This document shows, piece after piece, positions 61,741-64,000 of a stretch of 64,000 nucleotides of DNA. Source of the stretch: Anthoceros angustus (lineage: Eukaryota > Plantae > Anthocerotophyta); assembly GCA_010909165.1 (NCBI GenBank), contig VJWM01000119.1, positions 788,890 through 852,889 of the forward strand. The letters are read 5' to 3'. The translations under genes and the position numbers were made by a program. Each line of letters opens with the position of its first letter. Positions within the stretch are counted from its first letter, which is position 1. The notes below the pieces were generated by a model that ran no database searches, was not told where the DNA came from, and worked only from the letters and a program-made list of their open reading frames with translations.

Positions 61741-62335
61741 AAACTCAATGAGGTGGAGAAAGTCCAGCCACCGAGTTTTGGTGCACACCGCATAAGCACG
61801 GAGTATATCCTCTAAAACTTGATTAGCTCGCTCGTAGCACCATCCGTCTCGAGGATAAAAGGCGAGACATGAGCTTGGTGCCAAGACTACGTGAACCGCT
61901 TGCCGGGGACGAAACTGAATCATGATCGCTCACAAGAGAGCGAGGGAGGCCATGGGCACGATAAACCACTTTCCGAGAAGTCGCAGCTTGTTCAAGAGAG
62001 CATGTCTCGAGGTGAGGCAAGGAGCACTTGATGAGTAAGCTTATTCGTGAAGACCAGAACGCATCAAAGCCGATGTATCGAGGCAATCCGGTTATGAAGT
62101 CAAGTGTGACTTGCTCCGAGCGATAAAGGGGCGGGCAAGGGTTGGAGCGGCAAGGCGTTGGTGACAAGCTTTGTTGCATTGGCATAAGTTGCAAAGGAGG
62201 ACATAATCTCGGACGTCCTGATTGAGCTGAGGCCAAAAATAGAGCCGACAGAGTGGTAGTAGTAAGATTTATGACCTGTAGATGGAACATCGTGGGCTTC
62301 AGAAATCAAAGCCCGGCAAATATGGGGAACTTAAG
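61741..62335 (-). mobile_element. Ty3/Gypsy integrase core fragment
   Basis: ISEAHDVPSTGH; VTLDFITGLP; HGLPRSLVSDHD; ERANQVLEDILRAY..WLDFLHLIEF. Confidence 0.85.
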
Positions 62336-62338
62336 AGA

Positions 62339-62905
62339 TGTCATACCGTGTAACACTACTCTCTACACTTGGGTTTAGTGTTTGATTAGCATTAATTAAT
62401 CTAATGACTTGTCTTTAAGTAATTAGTATTAATTAATCTAAAGCGCTTATATTAATTAAGTATTGATTAGTGTTAATGAAACATGGTTAGCAATAGCTAA
62501 CGGATGGCTTTCAAGGTCACTAAGCATAGGGCAATGCATGCAAGCCACCTCTTCATCCCACTTGGAGCTTCGTGGATTGCTCCTATCTATAGCAATCCTT
62601 GCGATCTTCCTTTGATGTCCTTTCATAGATGGCTGACCCCAATCTATTCTCTTTCTTTAATAAAACCAATTATTTTTCTCCCATGTGCGCTTGCATTCAC
62701 ATCCAATGAAGGATATCGTATGTACGCTCTCGAGGCTTGTCCATCTCCTCCACATATATATACAATGCCTTTCCCATGTGCACTTTGCACTCATATCCAA
62801 CGTGAAGATGCCAAAATCGCATATATACATATGTATGTAGGTTCGGCCGCAACATGCTATTGGAAAGTCACTGTGTCCACTAGAATCTTACGAGAATCTA
62901 GACTC
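62339..62905 (+). repeat. LTR-like fragment (inverted copy of 48780-49317)
   Basis: Sequence match; starts TGTCATACC. Confidence 0.8.
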
Positions 62906-63129
62906 ACTTGCTTCTTCTTCCTTAAGCTTCTCCTCGAACTAGCTTTGCATGTCTTAGCTCTATATCATGTGGCGTAGTTTGGAGGTGAGTTGAAGAACAC
63001 CGAGAATCTACCAAGACCAAATTTTAAAGGCTATATATGTGCGATCCCACACACCAAAATTATTATCGAAACACTTCTTTCCCCGCCTAAACTCATGTCT
63101 TTACTTATCAGGTCCAAACGACAGGTGAA

Positions 63130-64000
63130 TCATAGTTCATTCACGAAACGCATCTAAGCTTATGAGCTCATGTGGATCGCTGGAGCTGGATGTGCTGGGC
63201 TCCGGAATCTGCACTTGCAAAGTGGCTGGCCAATGTGTCATTGTGCTCACATGGCAGGCTTGCGGAGATGCGAGGTTGTTTGATGAGCTCCTCGCCGTCA
63301 TGCTTCGTGCATGCCCTTTGAACTGACCCGCTTGTAATGCCAATTCGGTTTGAAATGCTTACCTCCCGCGCATTACGAACAGGAACACAGGACAGGTGAA
63401 CTCGTTGAACACTGCGGACGGTGAAAAGAGAGCCAGCTGCCGGAGGGTTGCTCGCCGGGAAGGAGAGGATGCCGGGTTTGTGCCACACGAGCGGTACGGT
63501 GAGCAGGCGCCTTTCTTTGCTGATGAAGTTTGGGCGACGGGCGCCAATACACTCAAGGGCGATCAGATTCAGCAACCCGGTTCACCAGAAACCACATTCA
63601 TGACTGTTGTCTGTACTAAGGTACAGAGTGGACGGACATTGTCTCACTGCCGTTCTGACAATTCAGAGGATAGTATAATGAATACAAGAGGACGCGTCTT
63701 GTACTAGGTACTCATCAATCAGTCGTTGCCATGAAGTGTCAGAGCTTGTCAGGAACAGGCAGGTGGACCAGCTACTGTACCGGGCCTCAGTTCCGATACA
63801 TACATACATACATACCATACAGTAGTCTGAAGTTCCGGGGCGCGGTTAAGCTTATCCAAGCCTACAAACTACTTACTTCAGACTTTCAGAGCCTACAGCT
63901 CCGGCTTCTTCTAGATTTCACCTAGTTCTCACCACCACTGGCAAGACATTTAGGCTCAGAACGGGGTTGGGAGGATGGCAGTTACAAACAATATCTACTC
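63130..64000 (-). mobile_element. Probable Gypsy gag remnant plus PBS/LTR
   Basis: PBS-like tggcaacgac on the - strand near 63722-63731, next to an LTR-like TGTCAG border. Coding-like degenerate frames at 63130-63600. Confidence 0.35.

Overview
Eukaryotic, repeat-rich land-plant DNA. A DYW:KP-type PPR remnant suggests a hornwort, fern or lycophyte (inference). Most of the window is nested transposons plus an F-box gene cluster. The main result is a ~9.7 kb DNA transposon at 6826-16557, bounded by ~30-36 bp TIRs and a 4-bp GAAG target-site duplication. An empty-site paralog at 28123-28126 supports these boundaries. The element carries a Sola-like DDD transposase on the + strand. Divergently on the - strand it carries an intron-containing cargo gene with a ParB/Srx-like domain and a bacterial-type beta-class N4C/N6A DNA amino-methyltransferase domain. 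Other content: the right part of a CACTA element with Tnp2 transposase (1-5592); an inverted pair of F-box genes (one intact, one disrupted); four covarying miRNA-like hairpins at ~29 kb; PPR and DYW:KP pseudogene fragments; a tandemly duplicated LINE 3' end; a degenerate Copia; a double-domain EG16/XTH-like pseudogene; and a Gypsy integrase split by a non-autonomous CACTA that itself contains an Athila/Tat-like LTR element. Many frameshifts may be consensus or long-read errors, because duplicated copies differ mostly by small indels. All protein assignments are by-eye motif recognition, not database searches.
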